A DNA stretch of 62,910 bases, counting the filler, from Octopus bimaculoides (taxonomy: Eukaryota), in NCBI RefSeq assembly GCF_001194135.2. It is 5 parts of 4 records of this genome, joined end to end, with 100 filler letters (N's around TTAATTAATTAA, not from the genome) between each part and the next. Parts side by side here need not be neighbours in the genome. Positions count along the whole stretch, not along the records: positions 23,072 to 35,483 come from NC_068981.1; positions 35,584 to 51,352 come from NC_068986.1; 3 more parts are not named here. The stretch is one strand, 5' to 3'. Below are positions 26,036-38,253 of the stretch, piece after piece. Under the pieces are notes generated by a model. It was not told the origin of the DNA. It saw only the letters and a program-made list of their open reading frames with translations, and did not search any database. Position 1 is the stretch's first letter. Every line of letters starts with the position of its first letter. The position numbers and the translations under genes were made by a program.

Positions 26036-26519
26036 GTGAGTATCTGGCATTATTTGTGGATAAGTTTTCTTAAGGTCAAACAGATTCAACACTTAAGTGT
26101 CATCAAAGTAGCTTCAACTGATAGCAGTGACAACTCCTAAGTTTGTAATCCTACAAGTCACGCCTGCTACTAACATTTAAGATGAGTAGTCTCTGAAATC
26201 GGGATAGCATCAGAGCAATTGGGTTTTTTTTTTTTCATCTTTTTATTTTAATTTTAATTTCTGATTATTTTCCGTTATCAACATCATCAACAGCTACTAA
26301 CACAGAATTTGTAGCTTAATCCTAAATGACTAATAAATTAATTATGAATTTAATACAAATAAAATTGAACCAACTTAGCAAATGCATCGAAAATGATTGG
26401 AGTAAATATTTCAAAACTGTTTAAAATTTAACACTAAATGAAAACTTATCAAACATAATAATTGGTGATGGCGGGGCACTTAATACAGTATCGTGGTGGT
26501 GGTTTTACTTTGACCCAGG

Positions 26520-26900
26520 TTATTCTTGTCTGAAAAGACCTATGATTAAGAATATTCCAGTTGTGACCATCCTGTCTTTTCAGCCGGCTGCGTGCACACA
26601 AAACTACATTATCCAATACGTCATCTAAGTTAGTTGAGAGAAGTGCAGCTGCTATTTCTAGGAGAGAGAGACTGTGCAGAGACTCCCTTGTTGGCACCTA
26701 GTAGCATGGCTGTTGTTGATTACCCCTACGTCAGACCTGATTGAGCTGACGTCTGATCAAAGGCATTTCAGCCGAGACTATCCCGTTTTTCTCAGTGTGC
26801 AAAGAATCCGGGACTATATCCAAAGAGTTCTTTTTTTTTTTTATGACGGTACTGATGTAATTTCAGGGAATTTGGCTGATTTTCAAGCGATCACATAACA
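26520..26900. repeat. Copies of an abundant dispersed repeat (GCTATTTCTAGCAGG / CCAGTTGTGACCATCC family)
   Basis: The same motifs recur at ~5340-5480, 11060-11200, 12770-12940, 35630-35800, 38570-38950, 39530-39910, 41050-41160, 42880-42990, 47400-47560 and 61000-61210. The class of element is unclear. Confidence 0.7.
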
Positions 26901-28464
26901 GCTCTCCGTTGATTCATAGTATCGTGGTATTTATCTTAGGTGCAAGCAATTAGCTTTTTAGAAGTTCAAAACGAAATTTGTGCAAGTCATTTATATTGGA
27001 ATTATAAACGAAAACATACTCATTATTCTTCAGGTAACGAAACAGATAATAATAATAATTTATTGTTAATACATAAGTTCAGCTTCAAGGGAATCAAGCG
27101 GAATGAAGAGAAATTACGATATTGTTAGAATGAAAAGAGGTGGGAACCAGTGGAATATATGAAATGCTGAGCGGAAGGGGATGCTGCAGTGAAAATGGGA
27201 AGAAAATTACTAAAACAAAAATGGGGCACAAACCAAAAATGGAAATAAGGAGGTTATAAAGCGAAGGTTTATCTAAATTTCGCAATTATAGAGTAAAATG
27301 TAAGAAAATTGCTTGAATCTATGAGTTGTCAAAAAAAAAAAACCCCACAAAACGTGATAAATAAATGAAAGAACCATATAAAAGATGAGTTTACAAATGA
27401 TGAGTTGATTAATTCAAGGTATATTTATTTCCAAGTCTTATCGGAATGCTAAGGTGAGTAGAGATTCTACAAGATATATATTATGTTCACTGAAATTAAA
27501 ATGCATATCACAACATTCACTAAAAATATATCACAATGGAGAAATATAACGGCACGGTGACGAAGGTAAATTATTTTCTAGTTTCAATGAAATGAATTAA
27601 CATAGGAATAATGAAGGAATTTCAGTAAAAAAGAGATAAAATTCCTAAGGGCTCAATCATTTTATCTGAACCCACTATGAATGTATGAAGAAGTTTCAGA
27701 ATGAATCACCGATAGAAATAACGAGTAAGGTAGTAGCAGCCCGGTCGGAATGTTGAGCAGACGTGGTATATTCACAATTGATCATTAATAGCTTTATACG
27801 TCGACTAACTTTCTCAATCTTGAATTTATGGGGCTTTGAAACTTAAAAAAAATATGATTGTGCCAAAGCTAATTTTTAAATTAATATATTTTGCATTACT
27901 GCATTACTACAGTTTAATGGTTAATCGCTCGTTTAAATATTCATTAAGGTAGGAAATTTCGAGGCAAAATATGGGAATTAATGACTATCGAGTAATGCAG
28001 AATATATAATATATACACATCTACATAATTAGTCGTGTGTACCATATGAAAGAGGGAGATAGAGAGAGAAATACACGTTCTGATATGTATTATTGTCTAA
28101 TTTATACAAGCGCTAGAAAGATAGGTACGAAATATGTACAAATATCAGTGTAGTTACATTAACTACATAAGTATATTAATAATATTTCAACAAAAATTCC
28201 TCGAGAAGTCAAGCAGATTAACCGAACCCATCCCTTTTTTCCGCAACAGTAATTAAAAAAATATCATAAGATCCTGCTGACGAAAATAAATAGTTTCATT
28301 GAAATATGAAAATTTACAATCGGCTTCGCTTATACACACGGTGGAATTATTCCACTTATATCGATGATAATTACAAACAGAGCAACACCTAGCGAACACA
28401 TGATAGATATGCTGTATAGAAAAGTATGACCAACAGCCGTCGGTACAAATTCTTGAAAGGAAAA

Positions 28465-28560
28465 ACTTACCCATATTCCTATTTCACTGGTGAATTAGCA
28501 GGCAGACAGTTTAGAAACTGATGATAAAGACAAACGACAGAAAACTTGCGCATGCGCACA
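28465..28560 (-). promoter_or_regulatory. CpG-retaining promoter candidate with a perfect NRF1 site and a possible first exon ending ATG G|GTAAGT
   Basis: TGCGCATGCGCA at 28547-28558. On the minus strand, ATG at 28474-28472 is followed by G and the consensus donor GTAAGT (28470-28465). The site lies between two CpG-poor domains. Confidence 0.5.
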
Positions 28561-29234
28561 GACCACTTTCGGCGGTCTTGAGAATTGGGTGTTCTGCTTT
28601 TTTGTTTTTCCCCTTTTCACTGCCGAGAAGACTCCATTGATAAGTTTCGGTTTTCTACTGCTGCTACACAATACCTCTTTCAATCTGAGATAATTTTGGA
28701 ATTTTATAAGTTGTTGCAATACTTTTCCTCTTATCGTAACTGTATCGTTATTATTTTTCGACATGGGATAAATGCTTCTTTTTTTCTTTCTTTGGCTGAA
28801 TATGAGCTATTCATTCATACTACTAAACCCAATACATAAAGACATGGTTATCTAGTCAGGTGAATTTGTTGTAATCAAAGGAGTAGGAGACGGTATTAAA
28901 ATGCAAATGTGCGTGTGTGCATGCATGTATGTATGTATGCGTGTATGTGTGTGTATATATACACATGTAAATATATATAATATACTAATATAAGCACATG
29001 TATAAATATATATAACTATACGTATATATTCATAAAAACATATGTATGTATATATATATAACATGCGCGCGCCCGTGCGTGTGTATATATATATGCTTAC
29101 ATACACATATTTACATGTATTAATTTCTCTCTCTTTCTCTCTCTCACTATATATATATATATATATTAGCAACTAATAATTTATACACATCTAATTATTA
29201 AAGAGGGAAGATTATCAGAAAACTTTCAAATATA

Positions 29235-30510
29235 TCATCATCATCGTCACCACCATCATCATTGTTGTCATGATCATCATCATCATTTAATATCCAAATT
29301 CCATGCTGGTATCAGTTTGATGGGAGCCAACTTGCTAGAGGGCTACAGAGAGCCCCCAAGTCTTATGTAAAGTTTATATGGCTGGAAACCCTTCTTAATA
29401 CCAACCACTTTACAGAGTGTACAGGATGTTACATGGCTACTCCAGCAGGAAAAGGAGAAAGAATGATAAGTGGGTGATGGTGTACCCTTAAGGTACGAGA
29501 AGGTGGATAAAGAATAAAGACAGGGATTCAAGGGTAGCTGGATGGGTTGGTAGGTTTGTGAGAATGTGAAAGGAGAGTGACAGACAGTAGAGATGAGGAT
29601 AGAAGTGAATGCAGTGAATGATGAACATGGATGGAAGTGTAGACAACAGCATATGGCAGTTTGGAGGAATGTTAAGAAAATAGGAATAGGTCAAAGAGGA
29701 GGAGGTGATAGGTGGTAATACATAAAGGTGGGCTGGAGAACAACAGTGTAATAATGCTATAGATAGATGAGATCTAGGGAAATGAGGCGAAGTGTTGTGG
29801 GGATGGAAGGGGCACAACAACAGAGACACACAGGGTGGATAAGTAACTTCAGAAAGGGGCAGGGACATCGATAGACATGAGGGTGGGTGTTCAAGGGAAT
29901 AGAACATTCAGTGTAAATATTGTGGCAAGGGATGAGACCAGGAGTACAAGATGACTGGTAAGGGAAGTGGTTCCAAGGAGATGGATTACTGGTGGTACAG
30001 AAGTTGGGGTGAAGAATATATGCAGTTCTGCTCTCATTCAGTCACAGTAGCTGAGGAAATCTTGCCAAAGTTAGAAGGGTCAAGGAAGGATTTTTGTTAC
30101 AAAGATGTGTTGCTGGGAAGGTTTGATATGAACAGATTGGATGCAGGGCAAAAGCATTAACAATATGCTTTTAGAACCTTATTTTTATTAAGATGGATTG
30201 GTCTTCTCAAGAACAGAGAATTACCATTCATCTAGGTTCTTTGTCATATCCTCCATGAGGCTCAACAAATTGAGGCTGGTCTTCACTACTTCATTTCATG
30301 TTTTCCTGGGTTTTCCTTTTCCATATGCATTTAACAATTGGCACTTCTTTTTTGCAGCTGTCCTCATTATACACATGACATGATCATATGCATCACATGA
30401 CCATATGCATCACATGACCATATGCCTCACATGACCATGCCAATGTAGTTGTCTCTATTACACACTTCATTTGATGCCTCTTATGCCTAATTTTTCTCTC
30501 ATAGTCATAT
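29235..30510 (-). mobile_element. RTE-type LINE 3' end (ORF tail, long 3' UTR, (GAT)n tail)
   Basis: ORF remnant EKLGIRGIK...WHGHVMHM...GKGKPRKT*NEVVK at ~30200-30510. The tail AAAGTGGTTGGTATTAAGAAGGG...CATGGAATTTGGATATTAAATGATGATG matches 35290-35430 and 59880-60040. Confidence 0.8.
30385..30435. repeat. 17 bp x 3 tandem duplication (CATATGCATCACATGAC) inside the LINE
   Basis: Read directly, with one mismatch in unit 3. Confidence 0.9.
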
Positions 30511-30989
30511 AAAAATAATGGATGTCAATAAAAAGTGACCAAAAGGAAAAGGAGTGGAATTTAGTGGCATAGAAAGATAATGCAGGTTAAAAAGTAACCT
30601 CAGGGGAAGGTATTGTTGACTGTCAATACATAAATGTAAATGAGGGATCCACTGGGTACCAGAAGATTTTATGTAATCCCTACTTAAGTATTGTGATTGA
30701 GGGGAGAGAAATTAGCAAAATACAGGTGGCAGCAGAATAGAAGATTGAGTTTGGACATATCTAATATTTTCTCTCACTTCATGAATGGCATAGTCCAATG
30801 AAGAGAAGGGTTGCTAGAGAAATGAAAGTTTGCCAAATAGGCAAAAGGGCAGTAGATGGTGACTTATGCAAAATAGAGAAAAGGTCCAGATATAGACATA
30901 TATATTATACATCCTAGTACCCAACATTATCCTTATTCTAAAGTACATATTATGAAGTTTGCATGGGTGGTCAGATCTCCAGCACTGTG

Positions 30990-32690
30990 TATCATCAATC
31001 AACATAGTCCTCTATCATCACCTTCATAACATGCAACATCTTAAGATCAGTCTTCACCACTTCATCCTGAGCTCTCTTTCTTCCATGGGTTCCATTCACT
31101 CTGAGCTCTGAGTCTTTCTTTATGCAACTGTCATTATCCATATGTATTGTGTACCCATTCCAGCCCACTTCTTTTTGACTGCCTTTATATGCAGTTTTTC
31201 TTAGCTTATTTGAACTCAATAGTTCATACAAGCTAACATTACATATCCAGCAGAGCATGTGTGTATAATTTCTTTTAGTCTTTTGCAAGTCCTCAGTATT
31301 TAGTGATGATGATCTCACTATCATGCAGCATTGAGTTCACACAAATGCATCATACAGCTTGCTTTTCACACTGAGAGACAAAATCATTGTTACCAGCAGA
31401 TATAACTGAACTTTTTTGCAGCCCACTTTTACTTTGGTTATTATGCTCAGATCATCCATCCTAACTGCTAATTAGGTTCCATAGATAGTATAAGTTATCA
31501 GCTACTTCTAGGGACATTTGAAAGAGTTTATTTCATGTGTATTCTAGATACTAACCACTCATGTACACTGGGTATATATAAAGTTTACTTTTTTTGACAC
31601 TTTGCCTGAGATCCTATTGCACCAGTTGTGCATCCATAATTTACACTGAACACAATATATGGAATTTCTACTTTCACTTTATCTGCATATCAAGCATAGT
31701 CATTTCCCTGATGGTAACAGGGGCCTATTTTTTTAAAAACCTTAACCTTTACTAAGTTTATTTTGCTTCCAGGTTTGGAATTTCTTCACTAAATCTCCTA
31801 CAGATTCAACTGTAAGAACTAGGCTGTAAGAATACAGGAGTTCCCATGGACAGCTGGTCTTAAACTTCTGTTATAGTCTGAAGGGTGAAAGTGAATAGGA
31901 GGAGGCTGAAGACTGAGCCCTGAGGAATCCTTACCTGTATGCTAAATTCATCATTGCTGACTCCCAGTTTGCTGATTGTGTAACACTATCATATATGACC
32001 CTCACAAACCATTTATTTGCTTCTAGTTTTCTTATCAGCCACCTGATTATAAAGCATGGCACCTTGTAAAAAGCCTTTTATATGTTGGCAAATGCTAGTT
32101 ATAGTGGCTTACTTTTAGTTAAGTACTTCTGTAGTTGTTTTACTATGTAGCTGGTATTGGTGCTACCTCTTCCAGGCATTAAGCTGAACTACATCTCATC
32201 CAGGTTAAATCTGTTAAGCTTCATAATCTGGTCCTACAATTTGCTGCCTCTGTTATTGCATCTTCTTTGCCCCTGCTGCAGCTTGTAATGACACTGTTAT
32301 GCTAGTCATTTGATGTGACAACTTTTATGCTACCTGATTAATTATTCAAGTAATTAGGATGTGCCCTACTTCACCAGATATTTTAAGCATCTCAGTGACT
32401 ATCCTTGCCAGTCCAATAGTTATCCCAGCTTTCATATTCTTAATCACACTGTTTACTGCTGTTAACTTGGATGGTTGGTCCCTTTGTTTGGTCTACTTGG
32501 AAAAGACCTCTTTCTCACATGTTTTCTTCTCATCCAAGTACTTCCACGTCTCTTTCTTTTCAGCAAGTTAAGGTTAAGTGTCCTCTGTCATTCCAAAACA
32601 CTTTTCCCCCATGACATTTCAGATTTCTCTGGCACACTGTCTTGCAGATTGGACACCTCATATCTCTGATCCTTGCATCACAGAATATCT
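30990..32690 (-). mobile_element. Heavily decayed RTE-type LINE, reverse transcriptase region
   Basis: Remnants include VIKNMKAG...EMLKISGEVG, GRGSTNTSYIVKQLQK...KAFYKVP, PQGSVFSLLLF...CPWELLY and a C-terminal GTHGRKRAQDEVVKTDLKML. Many stops and frameshifts. Confidence 0.85.
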
Positions 32691-32799
32691 GTGAACCTTT
32701 GTACTTTCTACATCTACAGAGAGAGAGAGAGAGAGGCGTGGGGAGAGTGAGTGAAAGAGAGGCCAGAAAGAGTTAAAAACAATCAACTAATAAAAATAA

Positions 32800-33150
32800 A
32801 ATTTAGCATACAGGTAAGGATTCATCAGGGCTCAGTCTTCAGCCTTCTCCTATTCACTTTCACCCTTCAAACTATAACAGAAGTTTAAGACCAGCTGTCC
32901 ATGGGAACTCCTGTATTCTTATAGCCTAGAAGAAAGTATACCCAACTTCTAGTTTCTCATCCGGCTATTTTATAACACTGTCTGTTGCTACCTTCCTTAC
33001 AGATTTTCAAGTCTGTTTCTTTGCTGCAGAGGCTTTTGGAATCCTGTGATGTGAATGGCCTAACCATTTGTATAACTAAGTTCAGGAAACCAACTGCCTA
33101 TCATCTTACTCAAGTGAACATGAAAGCCAGATAGCCTTCATTCTCACCTG
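32800..33150 (+). mobile_element. Plus-strand LINE scraps: inverted copy of the RT core and an AP-endonuclease remnant
   Basis: 32800-32929 is the reverse complement of 31819-31948 with 4 mismatches. 33030 onwards reads RLLESCDVNGLTICITKFRKP, similar to the RTE endonuclease end. Confidence 0.75.
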
Positions 33151-33636
33151 GAAATAAAGACAGATGGTTGTGAATACTAAGTCTTTCTCCAGTAAGGAAT
33201 GTACCACTCAACATAACATAAGTTAGTGATTAAAGTAAGTGCAGATAAATCCTGTTGCATAAGATGACTGGAGAACAAAACTATGATATATCCTTCTGAT
33301 AGCAGTAATATTATTTATTATTAAAACTTTCTCTTTGCAAAAGATTGAATTTGCTGCTACTATACTAGTGGCATAGCGTCTGACTATCTTCTCTACTTTT
33401 TTCTTTAGATAAAAACAGACTTTTTTTTAAAATTTGGTATGTATAGGTGAACATGTAAAAGTGAAGTGTCAACTGTCTCCACCAATCAAATAAGCATAAT
33501 GTGGTGTAAAGAATTCCAAGGTATATAAACTGGTACTGGAGCCAGACTATGAATGATAAAAGCAAATGTGATGAATAATGTTCTACTTGTGGATCCATAT
33601 CAGTAGCAAATAATATAACTAGTAATTTGAGATCAC

Positions 33637-33672
<36 letters not shown>

Positions 33673-34859
33673 AATGTGGGGAGAGTGAGTGAAAGAGAGG
33701 CCAGAAAGAGTTACAAAAAATCAACTAATAAAAATTAGAAAAATGTAAAAAGAACTTATTTATTAAAAGGACTAATACATGAGCAATCAGAAAGGAAGAG
33801 ACAAGCCTGGATGGCTAATATCATTGTAATCCTGATTTTGAATAAAAAATAAATAAATGAAGTGAAAGAGAATGCATTCTAAAAAGAGTCTACTATATTG
33901 GTTCAGATAATCAGAAAGACAGGGTATGTGTGTCATAAAATTTGTTATTAGTTTAACCTGTTTTTCCATGTTGGCACATGCTGGAGGAAAAAAGTAAAAT
34001 AAAAATTTTGCTTTCCTTTTAGTCTCCTCTTACCAAGCAAAATCCTTTATTAGTTGCTATTTCTGGAATATGGTTCTATCAGAACTTACTCTTTTTGCAC
34101 ATACAGATACAGTCATAAGCATACATACATACATACATACATGCATGAGTGTGTTGTGTGTGTGTGTGTATGTGTGTGTGTAATTTTAGTATTTGTTTTG
34201 CAAGATACTTGATGTAAATGGTCTGATGGAACAGATGTTATATCTTAGGACAGTTCTGTTGCCAATATAAATGCTCAAACTGGTTTTGTTTCACCTCCTC
34301 TTATTATTAGTAGTCAACTAATTAATGAATTAATCAATTAACTAATTGATTGAGTAAATAATCGAATTATCAATCAATCATTTGGTTCGTCAGACTCCTT
34401 ACATAGCCATTCGCAATATCATCAATGACATGCCCTCATTGCTCCAGGTGTGGCATGATTTATTTAAACACCAACTGACTGATCAAACAATTAGTCAAAC
34501 GATCAATTACTTAATCGGTTAATTAATTAACTAGTTAACTAATAATTCATTCTAATTTTGGTACCAAAGCCAGCAGTTTTAGGGGGCAGAATTACTCAAT
34601 TACATCAACCCCCAGTATTTGACCGGTACTTTATTTTATCACTCTCTCCCTGCTTCCCAGATGGATGACAAGCATATTTCTTTTGATGGGATTTGAACTC
34701 AGAATGTAAACAGCTGGAAGAAATGACACTAAGCTCTAACAATTCTGTCAGCTGACTGTCTTTTGTTGACTAATACTAGTGAAAGGAAGTGCTATAGAGC
34801 TAGTATGTTTTAATTGAAAAAATGGTCCACCCAAAATGCAATATATATTAGTCACTGGG

Positions 34860-35432
34860 AGCCCATTTGTTGGGTGATTGTTGTATAAGTATACTTATAC
34901 ATATTGGAAGAGGGAGACCCAGGAAGGCAGGGATGAGGTGGTGAAGCACGACCTTTGAATGTTGGGCCTCATAGAGGCAATGGCGAAAGACCGAGACCTC
35001 TGGAGAAATGCTGTGACTGAGAAGACCCAGCAAGTAAAGTGAGATCACAGCTGTAGCCTATACCAGTGTTGCATAACCAGCCCATTTAAAATGTACCTGT
35101 AAATTGTCAGGCGACATGCCATGCTTGAGGAGACCTACTGAGTCAAGTAAAATCAAAATCAAAATCACAATCAGAATCTCAATCAGATCGAAATCAAAAT
35201 GGAAATTGTAGTTGTGGCCAATGCCAGTGCCACCTGACTGGCTCCCGTGCTGGTGGCTTGTAAAAATCACTCGCTACAATCTCGGAGTGGTTGGCATTAG
35301 GAAGGGCATCCAGCTGTAGAAACATTGCCAGATCAGATTGGAGCCCGGTGTGGCCTCTTGGCTTGCCAGTCCCCAATCAAACCACCCAACCCATGCCAGT
35401 ATGGAAAACATACATTAAATGATGATGATATT
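34860..35432 (+). mobile_element. 5'-truncated RTE LINE 3' end
   Basis: GRGRPRK...DEVVKHDL*MLGLIEAMAKDRDLWRNAV, then a 3' UTR with (ATCAAA)n and a GATGATGAT tail. Confidence 0.88.
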
Positions 35433-36067
35433 ATGTTAATATACACGCATGCATACATGCACATACATATATATGCATATATANNNNNNNNNNNNNNNNN
35501 NNNNNNNNNNNNNNNNNNNNNNNNNNNTTAATTAATTAANNNNNNNNNNNNNNNNNNNNNNNNNNNNNNNNNNNNNNNNNNNNCATAATTTCAAAATGAG
35601 ATTAATAACCTTCACCTCGAACCAAGAAGGGAGCCTCTACGTAGTCGCACAGCCTGTTAGAAATAATAGCCAGACCTCTTTCAAATCATATTGTACGGTC
35701 TAAAAAGAACGACGTATGTCATTCTAAAAATAACTATGTTTAGGAGAGAGAAGAAAACACCGGAAAGACGGTATAATCATAGCTGGAAGGCCTTTAGGCT
35801 GACCCGGTTCTATGTATCAACAACAACAATCTACATATTTTCATATTTTGTTTATACTTTCCGCTCCCATCCTTGATCTTATTTTCTTTATAAACTGTAA
35901 AGATCAACATTTCTGTTAACCCCCCCTCTCTCTTTCTCTCTCTCTCACACACACACTTATAAATGTTGTTTTAGCTTTATTTATCCGTTGAATGACTTCT
36001 TCACAGCGACCTTCCTGAAAAAGACCTTCACCTCAAAAGACATCTGAAATTATGCCAGTTGTTCTTT

Positions 36068-36340
36068 ATGAGACAGGAACTTGAACGATGTACACAACCA
36101 CAGAAAGAAAGATTGAAGCCTTTGAGATGTGGGTCTTTTGCAGATTGGGCAGGGTAAGCTGGAAAGACGGTAGCAAATGATGCACTGCGAGTAAAGCGGA
36201 AATTTCAAGGACACCTATTGTCAAGAAACACTCCACAAAGCTATCGTATTTTTGACATGCAATGCGCCAGGACTGGATATAGGGGTTAGTGCAGGACCTG
36301 CGGTGGTGGTGGACAAAACACGGGTAATGAAAGGTGGCAA
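36068..36340 (+). mobile_element. RTE-like RT C-terminal fragment
   Basis: LYETGT*TMYTTTERKIEAFEMWVFCRLGRVSWKD resembles the RTE motif LYGxETWT...DAFEMWCYRRML. Confidence 0.7.
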
Positions 36341-36543
36341 GACAAGTGACCATGGAGTGCTTGAGTTGGTACGTTATCAGTCTGCTCTGAGGAAACGGAG
36401 GTCATTATATAAGTGGTAGAAAAGCAGAAGAGACGAGGCAGTACTTCTGTGGGGTAGAGGCTGGAACATAACTGAGTAATTTATGTTAGTCAAGTGTCCT
36501 TTCACTTATCCGTATCACGTCCTCACTTTGTTGTTTTTTTGAA

Positions 36544-36578
<35 letters not shown>

Positions 36579-38029
36579 TTTTCACCTTTCGGTTTGTTGT
36601 TAAAATACCGTAAGGCATTCTAATTTCTCCGTTTCACTTCATTCATCGCTTAGTCCGAAGTACATTTTATGTTATCTCCTTGTTTATCTGGTTTCTTTAA
36701 GCCGTAAGACCACATATCTATATTGCCCTGTTCGTTTCGAATTGTACATTCCCTGTTCTTCTTACAACTTAGTATCATTTTTGGTCGTAAGCCTTTTTGC
36801 ATTATTCTCTGTTCGTTTCATGTATTTTTTTCTTTTTGTTAACAATCCTGCCTTTATTCGCTTTTCGTGCACACTCGTCTGTATCGTCTTAGGTGTTGAA
36901 ATTGTAATGATTTCTAATTGACAACAGATGAAGGAATCGTACATCTGTTTGCACTGTTTCGTTTTGCCTATAAATTTCCATGTTTATGCGCTTGTAATTT
37001 TGCAATATTATTTTGTAGTTATTAGTTTGTTGGATAAAATATTCAGCATTTCTTCTGGTTCTCTACGTTCTGAATTCAAATTCTATCGCGGTTGACTACG
37101 CCTTTTATTCTTTTGGGGGCGATAAAATAAGTACAAGTTGAGCCCTGGGGATCAATGTAATCAACTCGCTTTCTCTCCTAAGATTGCTAACCTTATGCCA
37201 AAATTTGAAACAATTATTTATTTTAATCAATCACACACACATTTTCATTTTACTGTCACGTGACTCTGGGTTTCATTTCCTTCAGAAAAGAGAATTATAT
37301 TTAAGACTTGTTCAATGTTTCTTCATTTCAAGTTTGAAAGTCATACCTGGCGAAACTTCGAAGTCAGTGTCCACACACAAGCACACGCAAACTACGTTGC
37401 GAAAGTGTTCTGTTCCTGAAATTCTCGCCGCAACCCGCCCAGAATCCAGCAATGCAGAATCCTGTAACGAACTTCCCATTGACTTCCATGTTTATTAATC
37501 AAGCGTATTCACACACTACACGTCATGTAATCACTTAGCATTCAAATTATATACGAATTAAAAAAAGGAATCTCTTTTTACTGTTTTAAATGGTGTGTAG
37601 TAACGCTGCGCACAGCGTTACTACAGGTGCATAGTTAAATTCAAAGTAGTTTAAATTAGCCTAATATAATTATTGACCGTATCAATTGTCGCAGGCATAA
37701 CTGTGTGGTAAAAAGCTCTTTTCCCAACCATATGGTGCCGGGTTCAGTTCACAGCGTGGCACATAGGCAACTGTCGTCTATTATAGCCTCGAGCCGGAGT
37801 GGATTTGGTACCACAATATTGTTTGTTCTAAGAAAACATCCACGTTTTAGTGGGGATAAATATTACTTCATTGAGAGGTGTATTCCTGGATAAGGATGTA
37901 GTAATCACAGAAACAAATTCTAAATTTCGACTTGATGGCTGAAACTTATAAAAGCGAGATACAACATATACATTGATCAGGATTCCGGAGAATCTAGGTG
38001 GGACTTCATGATTATTTGCTTGTTCCGCC

Positions 38030-38253
38030 CTAAAAAATAAAAAGGCAATTATACTGTCCCCAATCTTGAACTTTGAGACCACATTCTCCTCTCTGCTGCT
38101 TGAAGTCATGCTTGTTGAACTTTGCAAAATTTCTCTCGGAAGCATGGTGAGGATTTAAGCTATAACAGCGGCGGAAAATGGGTTTTGGCCATCCTTGGTC
38201 GCCCATACTTTCAACATATTTGTCTCTACTCTCGTAAAGTAGCCGTCTTCGTC
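38030..38253 (-). CDS. Candidate exon 2 of a small orphan gene
   Basis: Acceptor tatgtttaag|GA. The phase-1 join to 43005-43077 gives a 73-codon open frame RRRLLYESRDKYVESMGDQGWPKPIFRRCYSLNPHHASERNFAKFNKHDFKQQRG...; the stretch is richer in GC and CpG than its flanks. Confidence 0.4.

Noticed and set aside
26449-26697. 82-aa minus-strand ORF that looks protein-like
   Set aside because: It starts at GTG and lies on copies of a dispersed repeat (CCAGTTGTGACCATCC and GCTATTTCTAG motifs seen many times elsewhere). No antizyme-type TCC TGA frameshift site is present.
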